From: a virus
Reading direction: 5' to 3' (one strand)
Length of the DNA: 64,000 nt
IMG/VR virus record: IMGVR_UViG_3300001533_000699
Shown: in pieces, positions 46,478-57,074 of the stretch
Layout: each line of letters opens with the position of its first letter
How positions within the stretch are numbered: the first letter of the stretch is position 1
The notes under the pieces: generated by a model
Told to the model about the DNA's origin: nothing
What the model saw: only the letters and a program-made list of their open reading frames with translations
The model's database searches: none
Translations under genes and position numbers: made by a program

Positions 46478-46864
46478 ATGAATATTGATGAAGCTCGTGA
46501 GACTATGAAATGTGTACAACAGCATTTATCGGCAGGTCGTTGTGTAGATAGACACATTACACAATGTCTAACGGACGTAATTGTTTTTTTATTGTATCAA
46601 TTACATGAAACACCTGAACAACCCAGCAAAGATAACGATATACACCAACCAGCAACCAGGATTCTGTTGACTGAATATATTGGAGACGCACCAGGGCGAC
46701 CTATATCTATTAACCCTGAAGAAATCTCATGTATCCGTTCGTATTCTTATCATTCATTTCGTCCATATATTGGTGAAGTTATTCTGTCTAATGGTGTCAA
46801 AATTCGTACGTGGGAAACAGCCGAAGATATAGATAAGTTAGTACAACGCTCTACAGAAAGTTGA
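46478..46864 (+). CDS. hypothetical protein
   Basis: ORF; C-terminal ISINPEEI. Confidence 0.55.
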   Translation: MNIDEARETMKCVQQHLSAGRCVDRHITQCLTDVIVFLLYQLHETPEQPSKDNDIHQPATRILLTEYIGDAPGRPISINPEEISCIRSYSYHSFRPYIGEVILSNGVKIRTWETAEDIDKLVQRSTES

Positions 46865-46868
46865 GATT

Positions 46869-48974
46869 ATGAGTAAGTTAGTGTTTGGATGTGGTTGTGA
46901 ATTTCCAATTGCGAACTGTGAACAAGACATATATGCTGACCATCATACTGGCCCACTCCCGTTAGGCATTGATGTGGATATTTACAATATTTCACACACA
47001 TGTCCAAGAACGTGGGCGTTATTTTCCGAAGGTCACACAAAGGGGGTATTTCAGTTAGAGGGTAACTTAGGTAGAACGTGGGCACGTAAGATACAACCAG
47101 AAAACTTAGAAGAGTTGTCTGCATTAATTGCACTTATAAGACCAGGATGTCTCAAGGCATTATCCGGTAACCCACCTAAATCTATGACTCAAAGATTTAA
47201 GGACCGCAAACATAAACTAGAAGATATAGAATATATGCATCCTGCGCTTGAGTCAGTGCTTGATACAACGTACGGGGTTCTGGTATACCAAGAACAAAGT
47301 ATGAAACTAGCCGTGACTCTTGCGGGTTTTGATTTGCAACAAGCAGATGTGCTTAGAAAAAGTATAGGCAAGAAAAAAGCTGACATCATGATTAAAGTTC
47401 GTGATGAATTTATAGGTGGTTGTACCACAACAGAAATTGTGACCAAAGAACAAGCAGAAGAGATATTCGGCTGGATACAAGAAAGCCAAAAATACAGTTT
47501 TAACAAGTGCTTATCACCAACAACCGTGGTAGAAACTATTGATGGCAAATACTACACATTAGAAGACGTAGATATTGGAACACAAATTACTTCACCAAAT
47601 GGTCCAACAACCATTATTAACAAATATGATAATGGAATACAGGATGTATTTGAAATTACTCTTGAGTCTGGTAAGACAATTCAATGTACTATGTCACATG
47701 AGTTTTTATGTAAAGACGGTCTAAAACACACGCTATCCGAAATTTTGGAACACGAACTTAAGATTGTGTGTCAAGACCAAGCATTATCTCAAGCAGCACA
47801 ACGGCGCATCATTCATGGCCATACTGGATGTAGTCATTCAACTGAAAAAGTAATTTCAGTACGAAAAATTGGTAAAATGCGCACGGTAGATATTGAGGTT
47901 GACAATCCATCTCATGTGTTTTATGCCAATGGTGGTGTCGCAACTTCCAATTCACACGCCGTATCCTATGCAGAAGGGGGATACTGGACCGCCTATCTCA
48001 AGGCACACTTCCCTGCTCAATTCTATTGCTCATTTCTACACGGCGCACAATGGAAACAAGATACTAGTGAAGAAGTATATGAATTGGTGAATGATGCCAA
48101 ACTGAATGATATAGTTGTACGAGTACCAGATTTTAGAGACCAGCAAACAGTACCATATCTCAACGGTACCGAGGTGTGTTTTGGTATTGGTGATATCAAA
48201 AATATTGGTAAGGCCGCTCTACAAAAACTTTACGTCGCTATAAACGACATTGATAAGCCCGTACGAGAGTGGTCGTGGATGGACTACATTGCACTATTCT
48301 CTAGTCGTGTATCAAGTACAGTCAATGAGGCATTGGTATGTTGTGGTGCTTTGGATTATTACGGCAAGCCTCGTACTACCATGATGTATGAGATAAACTT
48401 ATGGAAAGAGTTGACCAATAAAGAAAAAGAGTGGATAGTAGAACACATGCCGTATGCAGACATGATAACGGCGCTGCGTGAATGTGCTCATACAAAGAAA
48501 GAAGGCGGTGGATGTCACTCAGTTAAAAGGGTGCAGGCAGTAGAAAACATTATTGCCATGATAGAAAAACCACCGCACTCTCTTTATGATACGGCAGACT
48601 TTATAGCGTGGTGTGAAGATAAATATCTAGGTGCATCTCTAACATGTAGCCGTGTAGATGGCTGTATTAAAGCTGTTGAAGCTAATGTTACATGTAAAGA
48701 CGTTGTAAAAGGTTATACTGGATATACAGTTATAGCTGTTGAGGTTACTAGAATAAAACAAGTGAAGACTAAAAAGGGCAAAACACCAGGACAAAACATG
48801 GCGTTTATGAGTGTAGCGGATAGCTCATGCTCATTAGATGATGTAGTAGTGTTTCCAGATAAGTGGCGTGAATACAAAGACATACTATATGAGGGTAATA
48901 CAGTTTTGATGCAAGGAGAACCATCACATAAAAAGGGTGGCGGTTTTACTGCGAAAAAGTTTTGGCAGATTTGA
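46869..48974 (+). CDS. dnaE: DNA polymerase III alpha, C-terminal half with mini-intein
   Basis: GVFQLE, LIRPG, TYGVLVYQEQ, YSFNK|SHAVSY, OB fold MAF..VVFP. Confidence 0.92.
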   Translation: MSKLVFGCGCEFPIANCEQDIYADHHTGPLPLGIDVDIYNISHTCPRTWALFSEGHTKGVFQLEGNLGRTWARKIQPENLEELSALIALIRPGCLKALSGNPPKSMTQRFKDRKHKLEDIEYMHPALESVLDTTYGVLVYQEQSMKLAVTLAGFDLQQADVLRKSIGKKKADIMIKVRDEFIGGCTTTEIVTKEQAEEIFGWIQESQKYSFNKCLSPTTVVETIDGKYYTLEDVDIGTQITSPNGPTTIINKYDNGIQDVFEITLESGKTIQCTMSHEFLCKDGLKHTLSEILEHELKIVCQDQALSQAAQRRIIHGHTGCSHSTEKVISVRKIGKMRTVDIEVDNPSHVFYANGGVATSNSHAVSYAEGGYWTAYLKAHFPAQFYCSFLHGAQWKQDTSEEVYELVNDAKLNDIVVRVPDFRDQQTVPYLNGTEVCFGIGDIKNIGKAALQKLYVAINDIDKPVREWSWMDYIALFSSRVSSTVNEALVCCGALDYYGKPRTTMMYEINLWKELTNKEKEWIVEHMPYADMITALRECAHTKKEGGGCHSVKRVQAVENIIAMIEKPPHSLYDTADFIAWCEDKYLGASLTCSRVDGCIKAVEANVTCKDVVKGYTGYTVIAVEVTRIKQVKTKKGKTPGQNMAFMSVADSSCSLDDVVVFPDKWREYKDILYEGNTVLMQGEPSHKKGGGFTAKKFWQI
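47508..47951 (+). mobile_element. mini-intein (148 aa)
   Basis: CLSPTT start, block B CTMSHEF, block F VDIEV, ends ATSN|S. Confidence 0.85.
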
Positions 48975-48975
48975 C

Positions 48976-49005
48976 TTGACAACTAGCAGGTTTGGAAGTT
49001 ATAAT
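48976..49005 (+). promoter_or_regulatory. sigma70-type promoter, likely leaderless
   Basis: TTGACA-18 nt-TATAAT, ATG immediately downstream. Confidence 0.6.
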
Positions 49006-49009
49006 AGGT

Positions 49010-49537
49010 ATGAATTCAGACATCAAAAAACTATTAGATAAATTAGATTATCGTGTGGTAGCATGCGCTACGAATAATGGTTGTGTGGTTTCTTTTCCTA
49101 ATCGCAAACAAGAACCATTGCTCATGACATCACTCATATCTATGCAGTACACAAGTGAAGGAGTGCATGTACAACATGTAGATGATACTAGTGTTGAGAT
49201 ATATTCTACAACGTACAGATGCCCGCCATATGCACAAAGACTATTGTTGAATTTTTATATTATGTATATGTGTATAACCATACAATATTCGTTACATTAC
49301 ATTAAATTTACTGATAGTCAAGACATAGAAATTACTGAACAGGAATTCTTTGAGGCAGTAAATAGTCCAAATATAACAAGTGGCATGATTGACAAAGAAA
49401 ACATATTAGGACAAATTCTAATGCCTTGTGTTGCAATAGGATTCAATGAAAAATATAAGCAATTGGCAAAAAGCAATAATGTACTAGACGGATTCTTAGC
49501 TATACAAAATGCATTAGGTGGTGATAATGAAAAATAA
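49010..49537 (+). CDS. hypothetical protein
   Basis: ORF downstream of promoter. Confidence 0.55.
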   Translation: MNSDIKKLLDKLDYRVVACATNNGCVVSFPNRKQEPLLMTSLISMQYTSEGVHVQHVDDTSVEIYSTTYRCPPYAQRLLLNFYIMYMCITIQYSLHYIKFTDSQDIEITEQEFFEAVNSPNITSGMIDKENILGQILMPCVAIGFNEKYKQLAKSNNVLDGFLAIQNALGGDNEK

Positions 49538-51206
49538 AATTAAGATATTGTGGATGGGAGAAGCAACGTTCCTAAATACAGGCTACGGTGTATACGGCAA
49601 AGAATTACTGACAAGACTACATCAAACTGGAAAGTATGATATTGCTGAACTAGGAGGGTATGGTAAATGCAACGATGCGCACAGCTTAGATATACCGTGG
49701 ACATACTACGGATGTATGCCCGATGACGAAACACAAAACGCTGAGTATAGTAAAGAAATCGCAAACCAATGGGGTATGTGGAGATTTGAAGAAATATGCT
49801 TAGACTTTCAACCTGATGTAGTACTGGATATTCGCGATATATGGATGTCTGATTTTGTTGGTAGGTCTCCTTATCGTAGATTGTTCTCATGGATTTTGAT
49901 GCCAACGATAGATAGCGCGCCACAAATGGAACAATGGCTAGATACATATATAAATGCTGATGCAGTACTTACATACTCAGAGTTTGGTAGAGATATGCTA
50001 CTCAAGGAAACCGGTGGACAGATAGAATTTATGGGTATCGCTTCACCAGCAGCAGACTATACATTATTTAAGCCAGTCTCCAATAAACAAGCACACAAAT
50101 CTAGCATGGGTTTAGATGAAGATACGCTAATAGTTGGTACTGTGATGCGTAACCAAAAACGTAAATTATACCCAGACCTCATTAGTGGATTTAAGTCTTA
50201 CTTAGAGCAGCACACACGCCTTGCTGACAAAACCTTCTTGTATATACACACTGGATATCCTGATATCGGATGGGATTTGCCTCGCTTGATTCGTGAGTCT
50301 GGCATAGGGCACAAGATACTATGTACGTATATGTGCGTATCTTGCCATAATGTATTTCCATCTTTCTTTCAGGACGCTCGTAGGACATGTCCTAAGTGTG
50401 GGGCTCCACACGCTAAAATGCCGTCTGGAACAATGGGGGTTACTACGGCAAATTTGGCAGATATTATGAACACATTTGATGTGTATGTTCAATACTCTAC
50501 TTGCGAAGGTTTTGGAATGCCGCAAATAGAAGCTGCCGCATGTGGCGTTCCAATTATGTCTGTTGATTATTCAGCTATGTCATCCGTAGTAAAAAACTTA
50601 GGAGGCACCCCAATTAAGGTGCAACGTCTGTTTCGAGAGGCTGAAACTCACGCATATCGCGCATATCCAGACAATAAAGACTTTGCTAATAAATTAGGTA
50701 AAATTCTTAGTAAATCCAATGCTGAAAGAAAAAAAATAGCTAGAGACACATATTTGGCGTGTCGTAAGCATTATGATTGGGAAAGAGCAACTAATATATG
50801 GATTAATGCACTAGATATTGTACAACCCAGTGACTGGAATGTACCGCCACGATTAACACAACCTAACCTCAATATACCACAGGGCATGTCTGACCAATCA
50901 TTTGTTAATTGGTGCATAGCAAATATATGGGGTGAGCCCGATAAGATAAATTCATATTTTGCGTTACGTATGGCGAGAGACCTACATTACGGCGAAGCTA
51001 TCAGTGGATATGGCGGTGTTTATTACTCAGAAGATAGCCTACTTATAGACAAGCCTAAGTACCGGACTTTTAATCGCGGCGACGTAATTGAAGCAATGAT
51101 AGAGTTAAATAAGCACAGAAATTATTGGGAGCAACGTCGTGCTGGTATCTTAGATGTTGAAACGCCAATGTATATTCAATTAGCAAGACATAGGAGAAGC
51201 ACATGA
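49527..51206 (+). CDS. glycosyltransferase family 4 with zinc-ribbon insert
   Basis: TGYG, RNQKRK, CVSC...CPKC, EGFGMPQIEAAACG. Confidence 0.88.
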   Translation: MKNKIKILWMGEATFLNTGYGVYGKELLTRLHQTGKYDIAELGGYGKCNDAHSLDIPWTYYGCMPDDETQNAEYSKEIANQWGMWRFEEICLDFQPDVVLDIRDIWMSDFVGRSPYRRLFSWILMPTIDSAPQMEQWLDTYINADAVLTYSEFGRDMLLKETGGQIEFMGIASPAADYTLFKPVSNKQAHKSSMGLDEDTLIVGTVMRNQKRKLYPDLISGFKSYLEQHTRLADKTFLYIHTGYPDIGWDLPRLIRESGIGHKILCTYMCVSCHNVFPSFFQDARRTCPKCGAPHAKMPSGTMGVTTANLADIMNTFDVYVQYSTCEGFGMPQIEAAACGVPIMSVDYSAMSSVVKNLGGTPIKVQRLFREAETHAYRAYPDNKDFANKLGKILSKSNAERKKIARDTYLACRKHYDWERATNIWINALDIVQPSDWNVPPRLTQPNLNIPQGMSDQSFVNWCIANIWGEPDKINSYFALRMARDLHYGEAISGYGGVYYSEDSLLIDKPKYRTFNRGDVIEAMIELNKHRNYWEQRRAGILDVETPMYIQLARHRRST

Positions 51207-51661
51207 ATGACCTAAACCACAAATTACAAGAAATACTTTGGGGAGTTGGATGTGGCAATACAGAAACAATATCACAGCTTACTGAAGTAATTCGTGATGT
51301 CATACATCACATACTTAGACAACACGTAACATACACAGCCATTGATGATAACGCACAATTACCACAAAACACAAAAACACATGTTATATATCACAGTGTT
51401 GAGGCCGCACGGAGACATTTCAAAGATTCTCGTGTAGACATAATAACTCGCATGGTCTCATTATTGGAAAACAATATAATTAAAGACCTAAGTAGCTTAA
51501 ACGAAACAAATGAAACTCTATTAAATGAATTTCATATAGAGATAGCCGATGACTATACGCCAGCTAACGAGAACCACGCACAAGCCCAAGACCTCATACA
51601 AATTAAGTGCTCAGTCGATATTACAGTATTGCCAAGGACCAATGATGACACCGTGGCATAG
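51203..51661 (+). CDS. hypothetical protein
   Basis: AGGAG RBS. Confidence 0.55.
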   Translation: MNDLNHKLQEILWGVGCGNTETISQLTEVIRDVIHHILRQHVTYTAIDDNAQLPQNTKTHVIYHSVEAARRHFKDSRVDIITRMVSLLENNIIKDLSSLNETNETLLNEFHIEIADDYTPANENHAQAQDLIQIKCSVDITVLPRTNDDTVA

Positions 51662-52304
51662 TCCTAATTCTGACAATTTAGTATTGTCGTTTGAAAGAAG
51701 CGGACTAAATTGGTTTATGCATTGTGTAGAAGTGCTAACAGGTTATCCAACACCAAGCGGTAAATTTCACCCAGAAAGATATGTGACTAATAGACTAGCA
51801 TTCTTACGTTGTCATAAGATATTTAAACTAAATAGTCCAGGTGAATTAGCACGCAACAATATATGGCCAGACAATAATAACGGATGCTGGAAACGCGTAC
51901 TTTTAATATTACGAGACTATAAAGATAGTTACAATAGAAGTGGAGTACCGTTGCAGTTTCGCGGATATGCACATAATATTATGTATTTTGAGCAACTCAC
52001 TATACCAAAACTGGTTGTATATTACGACGACATAATCAACTCACTAACAATGGTAGGACACGCACTCAAATTTTTGCGACTACCATGCTTACAACATAGA
52101 TTAAAGGGGTTCGTATGGTATATTGAAAAAGCAAAATCAATAAAACAATATCATACGATATGGAGAAAACCAACAGACGAAGGCACTGGAAAGATATATC
52201 CGTGTGATAATGCTAGTAGAGACATAGCGAAGAATGAATTGTTAAATACACTACCAATATCATTGTATGAAAAATACCTAAGTAGATACGAGAACGCAGA
52301 ATGA
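51642..52304 (+). CDS. sulfotransferase-like protein
   Basis: LSFERSGLNW (PSB-loop-like), LILRD..D, YDD. Confidence 0.5.
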   Translation: MMTPWHSPNSDNLVLSFERSGLNWFMHCVEVLTGYPTPSGKFHPERYVTNRLAFLRCHKIFKLNSPGELARNNIWPDNNNGCWKRVLLILRDYKDSYNRSGVPLQFRGYAHNIMYFEQLTIPKLVVYYDDIINSLTMVGHALKFLRLPCLQHRLKGFVWYIEKAKSIKQYHTIWRKPTDEGTGKIYPCDNASRDIAKNELLNTLPISLYEKYLSRYENAE

Positions 52305-53434
52305 AAGTATTGTTTATAGGAGTTTGGAAAGACGGGTCTGGGTGGGGCAACGCTACTCAAAACTACATACTCGCTTTAGATAGCGTTGGTATAGAAGTAG
52401 TCCCTCGCGCCATTAAGCTAAATGACGTAGAAGCAGAAGTACCAGAACGTATTCTAGAACTTGAGCAAAACAACGAACGCAATTGTGATGCATGCATACA
52501 GCATATACTTCCGCATATGATGACGTATGATAGTCGCGTAGGAGTAAATGTCGGTGTGTTTGACTATGAAACCACTAATTTTCGACGCACTAATTGGGCA
52601 ACGTATCTAAATACCATGGACCAAGTTTGGGTTCCAAATAATGCTATGGTACAGTATACTACAGATAGCTACGTTAACAAACCGATACATGTAGTGCCAC
52701 ACTGTACAGACATATCGAAATACAGCCAAAGATACGAGCCATATCCTATACCTGAAGTAAATGACAACTTTACCTTCTATACAATATCTACATTAATGCG
52801 TAGAAAGAATCTACCTGCTTTAATAAAAGCTTTTCATTTAGAATTTCAGCCACATGAACCAGTGAAGTTGATGCTCAAGGTAAGTGGTGCGCGTACTCAT
52901 ATCGTACAACAAATAAAAGAAATGACCATGGAAATCAAACGTGGGCTAAGACTATATCCAAATTTATCAGACTATAATTCAGAAATAATCATAACACAAT
53001 GGATGAACAATAATGAAATAATGAGACTACATCAAACTGGCGATTGTTTTGTATTGCCGTCATATGGTGAAGCATGGTGTATTCCAGGGTTCGACGCGAT
53101 GGCGTTAGGTAATCCTGTGATTCTTACGCGGGAAGGTGGGCCAAAAGATTACATTAGAGATAATGAAAACGGTATATTGGTAGACTGTCGTTTAGAACCA
53201 GCGTTTATAAGACCGGAAGAAGTACCCATAGAAAACATATGGACAGGACACGAAAATTGGCACGCTGTTGATATTGACGACCTACGAAAGAAAATGCGCA
53301 TGGTATATGAAGACAAGGCCTTACGTACAAAGCTAAGCAACAACGGCATAGATTCCTCATATGACTATCATCATAATGTAATCGGTAAAAGGATGGTGTC
53401 GCTCATTGAACAACAAATTTCTGGAGAACAATAA
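52301..53434 (+). CDS. glycosyltransferase family 4
   Basis: SGWG, RRKNL, PSYGEAWCIP..DAM..GNPVI. Confidence 0.9.
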   Translation: MKVLFIGVWKDGSGWGNATQNYILALDSVGIEVVPRAIKLNDVEAEVPERILELEQNNERNCDACIQHILPHMMTYDSRVGVNVGVFDYETTNFRRTNWATYLNTMDQVWVPNNAMVQYTTDSYVNKPIHVVPHCTDISKYSQRYEPYPIPEVNDNFTFYTISTLMRRKNLPALIKAFHLEFQPHEPVKLMLKVSGARTHIVQQIKEMTMEIKRGLRLYPNLSDYNSEIIITQWMNNNEIMRLHQTGDCFVLPSYGEAWCIPGFDAMALGNPVILTREGGPKDYIRDNENGILVDCRLEPAFIRPEEVPIENIWTGHENWHAVDIDDLRKKMRMVYEDKALRTKLSNNGIDSSYDYHHNVIGKRMVSLIEQQISGEQ

Positions 53435-54450
53435 TGTCGTCCGCAATACAAAGTATTATCAGAAGAGCCACAAGAAATCCAAATAGCCCATGGAATATTC
53501 TCACGTTTCCAACCCACGAAAGATATGAAACTTCATTAGCTGCTACTGGACACAACTTCTACGGTATTAGAAGGCCAAACAGTAAAGAATGGAAGACGCA
53601 CTATGCTCCAGTGCCAGATAACTATCATTTATTACCTGTGAGCGAAGGTCTTGAATTGCCACCATGGGTAGATTTTGATATGATATTAAGCCAAAATAAG
53701 GTGTCACAATTTCGAATAGCGCAAATAGTTGCACATCAATTACATATACCGCTAATTAATTTAGAGCACACCCTACCGCCTAATGAATGGACGCCGGGTA
53801 AAATAGCTAACTTTAGAAGTTTGCAGGGAAGCATCAATGTGTTTGTTTCTGAATATCAAAAACAAATGTGGGGAATAGACGGCATAGTCAACCCAACCGG
53901 CATAGACACAGATGTGTTTTGTCCACCTACTACGCCAGAGCGCGAACCGTGGGCATTATCTGTTGTTAACGATTGGATAAATAGAGACTGGTGTTGTGGA
54001 TTTTCTTTATGGAGAGAAGTAACAGGATTTCCTAGTCCCGCCCCACTAATCCCTTGTAAGGTTTTGGGCGATACTCCTGGTTTGTCTCAATCAGCGCCTG
54101 ATATTCCAACTTTGGTGAAGTTTTATCAAACTGCCGGTGTTTACCTAAATACGACCCTGGTATCATCATTACCGACCGTGATACTAGAGGCTATGGCGTG
54201 TGGTTGTCCTGTTGTAAGTACTGATACTTGCTTAATTCCAAAAAATATTATTGAACATGGTGTGAATGGGTTTGTAGGTAGTAATGTAGATGAACTTAAA
54301 GGCTACACCCTGGAAATACTGAATAATCCAACACTTGCTAAACAAATAGGGGATGCGGGGCGACAGACAATACTTGAAAAATTCTCAAAACAAATATTTA
54401 CAGACCAGTGGAATAACATATTCAAACAGGCGACGGAGATTCATATATGA
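53434..54450 (+). CDS. glycosyltransferase family 4
   Basis: LEAMACGCPVVST, IEHGVNGF. Confidence 0.88.
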   Translation: MSSAIQSIIRRATRNPNSPWNILTFPTHERYETSLAATGHNFYGIRRPNSKEWKTHYAPVPDNYHLLPVSEGLELPPWVDFDMILSQNKVSQFRIAQIVAHQLHIPLINLEHTLPPNEWTPGKIANFRSLQGSINVFVSEYQKQMWGIDGIVNPTGIDTDVFCPPTTPEREPWALSVVNDWINRDWCCGFSLWREVTGFPSPAPLIPCKVLGDTPGLSQSAPDIPTLVKFYQTAGVYLNTTLVSSLPTVILEAMACGCPVVSTDTCLIPKNIIEHGVNGFVGSNVDELKGYTLEILNNPTLAKQIGDAGRQTILEKFSKQIFTDQWNNIFKQATEIHI

Positions 54451-54893
54451 ATATATATATCAGTGCTAATAAAGACACACAAGATAATGGTTATGTCAAT
54501 ATCAACTTCAATAATGGCATAAACAACTGGAAAGAAACATTAGATGTTACAGTAAGTGATGCTGAAGCAACAGTAATTATCATAGATGGATTGCTATCAT
54601 GTCTGCCTATGGAAGAAGCTATTTTGTTTCTACGCACTGTATCGACTAAATTAAGACATGGCGGTACTCTCATTATACATAGCGTGAATATATATGAAGT
54701 AGCCAAAGATTTCTATCAGTATAAGCTAACCGTTCAACAATTCAATGAATTAATATACGGCGTGCAAAGTAACCACAAATTTGGCATTACGTTAGCTGCA
54801 TTAGAAAAATTCTGCTCAGCAGAACTTGGTCTAAATGTTGTAAGAAAGACAATTAATAACTATCATTATGTACTGGAGGTACAAAGACCATGA
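54447..54893 (+). CDS. SAM methyltransferase-like (degenerate) protein
   Basis: GYVNI, KLRHGGTL. Confidence 0.45.
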   Translation: MNIYISANKDTQDNGYVNINFNNGINNWKETLDVTVSDAEATVIIIDGLLSCLPMEEAILFLRTVSTKLRHGGTLIIHSVNIYEVAKDFYQYKLTVQQFNELIYGVQSNHKFGITLAALEKFCSAELGLNVVRKTINNYHYVLEVQRP

Positions 54894-55501
54894 ATCGTTC
54901 TGTAGACACTATATGTTTAGGGTGTTGTTTTGCACAAGGACAAAGCAAAGATGGATTATTTGAACAAAAACACAACGGATGTAGTTTACGTATTCTAGAT
55001 AAATTACGCAAACTAGATGCTAACATTGAGTACGTATACGACGAAAACGATAATCAGTTTCATGTAATATATGGTAGACTATGTCCTTTCCACAGACCAA
55101 ATCGCTGGCTACAAAAAGATGAATCTGTTGATGAAAGCCACAAACGAGTTAGAAAAGAAATTAAGTTACAACCAGATGTTGTTATATATTGTAATGAAGA
55201 AACTAGCATTGATGACTTAAGCGCAACTCTAGATAGCTTACAAAACGGTAGTACTAAACCTGTATGCATCTATGTGATAAACCATATGACCAAGATTAAG
55301 CCTAGTGAATTCATAGCATTAATGAAACGATATCCATTTCAATGGCGTCTTGAAAGCATATTAGAAGAATGTGATACTAATCGCACATTAGATATCGTTA
55401 CAAAAAAATGTAAAGGTATCTTCGTATCGTATTTTCGTGCGGGTTTTCACGTACCGCAAGAATTTTTCACTAATATAGATGAAGTATTACAGTGGAAATA
55501 A
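54890..55501 (+). CDS. hypothetical protein, apparently truncated by deletion/frameshift near 55490
   Basis: C..C.FA..C..C motif; plausible C-terminus continues in another frame 55491-55604. Confidence 0.55.
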   Translation: MNRSVDTICLGCCFAQGQSKDGLFEQKHNGCSLRILDKLRKLDANIEYVYDENDNQFHVIYGRLCPFHRPNRWLQKDESVDESHKRVRKEIKLQPDVVIYCNEETSIDDLSATLDSLQNGSTKPVCIYVINHMTKIKPSEFIALMKRYPFQWRLESILEECDTNRTLDIVTKKCKGIFVSYFRAGFHVPQEFFTNIDEVLQWK

Positions 55502-55549
55502 AAACACAAATATTATAGAAAAAGCAAAACATATAAGTAAGGAACAAGA

Positions 55550-56386
55550 ATGTCCAAATCTAGTACAACCAGTAACGCAACTAGTTCCCCAGTTGTTGCA
55601 GTAATTATACCATGCCACAATCATGCGTGTTATCTACCTCGCGCCATGGCTAGTGTATCACAACAAGACTATGAAAACAAAATGATAGTGATTGTAGATG
55701 ATGGCTCGGATGATAATTCGTTCGAAGTGGCAAAATCATCTATGACACATATTTCAGAAGAAAGTTTAGATAAATCTAACGATACACACCTATTATTTGG
55801 TGTATACAATGATACACCTGTTATTATTAGCAGTTACCCAATATCAAAAAAACAAGCCCATGCCAGAAACATTGCTATACAATTAGCGTGGCAACATGCA
55901 GAATTGTTTTGTCAATTAGATGCTGATGACTTGTATCTACCTAAAAAGTTAAGTATGTCTGTTGACACATGGAAACAGAACCCAAACTTCATAGGATTAG
56001 TATATAGCGACGCATTAATATATGATGAGCGTGACCAAACAACCATACATGAATTTAGACCCCCATACGATAGAGACTTATTAGAACAGCGCAACATAAT
56101 ATCTAACGCGCCGCTTATCAGTAAGATGGCTTTAGGATACAGTGGTTTGTATGATGTGGAGTTGCCGCCGTGTGAAGACTGGGATTTATGGCTAAGAATC
56201 ACCGAGAATTTTTTGGCCGTGCATATTCCAGAACCGCTACAACAATATACTGTTACTGGTCAAAATTGTACTTTTACCGTTTCTAATGAACACTGGCAAA
56301 AACAGTGGTCAAGAGTACAAGAAAAATTGCAACTAAGAAAAAGGGATAGATATGGCCAAAGCGCAACGACACATAGCTCCAGCTAA
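55550..56386 (+). CDS. glycosyltransferase family 2
   Basis: IIPCHN, VDDGSDD, ARN, LDADD, EDWDLWLR. Confidence 0.92.
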   Translation: MSKSSTTSNATSSPVVAVIIPCHNHACYLPRAMASVSQQDYENKMIVIVDDGSDDNSFEVAKSSMTHISEESLDKSNDTHLLFGVYNDTPVIISSYPISKKQAHARNIAIQLAWQHAELFCQLDADDLYLPKKLSMSVDTWKQNPNFIGLVYSDALIYDERDQTTIHEFRPPYDRDLLEQRNIISNAPLISKMALGYSGLYDVELPPCEDWDLWLRITENFLAVHIPEPLQQYTVTGQNCTFTVSNEHWQKQWSRVQEKLQLRKRDRYGQSATTHSSS

Positions 56387-57074
56387 ACAGATAAGTAATG
56401 ACGACTTGCTTAATGTGATTATAACAGCGGCTGGTATCGGTCGTAGAATGAAATCTCACGGACCAAAAAGTCTACTAAAGTTATATCGTGGTATGACTTT
56501 AATCGAACACCAAGTTCGCACGATACTATCGGTATATCCAAACGCAAATATACTCGTCGTATGTGGGTTTAAGGGCTGTAAAATCAGAGATGAACTATAT
56601 GGACAATTTCCAGTCAGGTTTGTTTATAATAACGAATATGAAACCAGCAATATAGTACATAGTATATCGTTGGGTATGGATGCATGTTTACCCGGTAATA
56701 CACTTATCATACATGGAGACATACTATTTAATCAATACGCTATCAAAATGACAGATAAGTCAAGCATATTAGTAGCACAACCAGGACAAATAGACAAAAA
56801 TAAAGTTGGTCTCATAACACAAAATCAAAATGTCACGATGTTATCCTATGGTTTAGAAACTCAATGGGGGCAAATTGTATACTTAACTGATAAAGAAAGA
56901 AAAATACTAAGAGACATAACCATACAAAAGAAAATAACAAAACAGTGGTTCTTGTATGAAGCCCTAAACTATATACTGCATATGGGTGGTAGTTTTATCG
57001 GTTATAATGACAATAGAACTTATGTGTTCGAAATCAATAAACCAAACGACATTAAAAAGGCTATAACAAAATGA
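56352..57074 (+). CDS. nucleotidyltransferase (LicC/sugar-phosphate NTP transferase-like)
   Basis: AAGIGRRMKSHGPKSL, HGD. Confidence 0.82.
   Translation: MAKAQRHIAPAKQISNDDLLNVIITAAGIGRRMKSHGPKSLLKLYRGMTLIEHQVRTILSVYPNANILVVCGFKGCKIRDELYGQFPVRFVYNNEYETSNIVHSISLGMDACLPGNTLIIHGDILFNQYAIKMTDKSSILVAQPGQIDKNKVGLITQNQNVTMLSYGLETQWGQIVYLTDKERKILRDITIQKKITKQWFLYEALNYILHMGGSFIGYNDNRTYVFEINKPNDIKKAITK

Noticed and set aside
44200-47000. Trans-splicing split intein joining the DnaE halves
   Set aside because: No intein N- or C-terminal motifs at the break; the only intein is a complete cis mini-intein further downstream.
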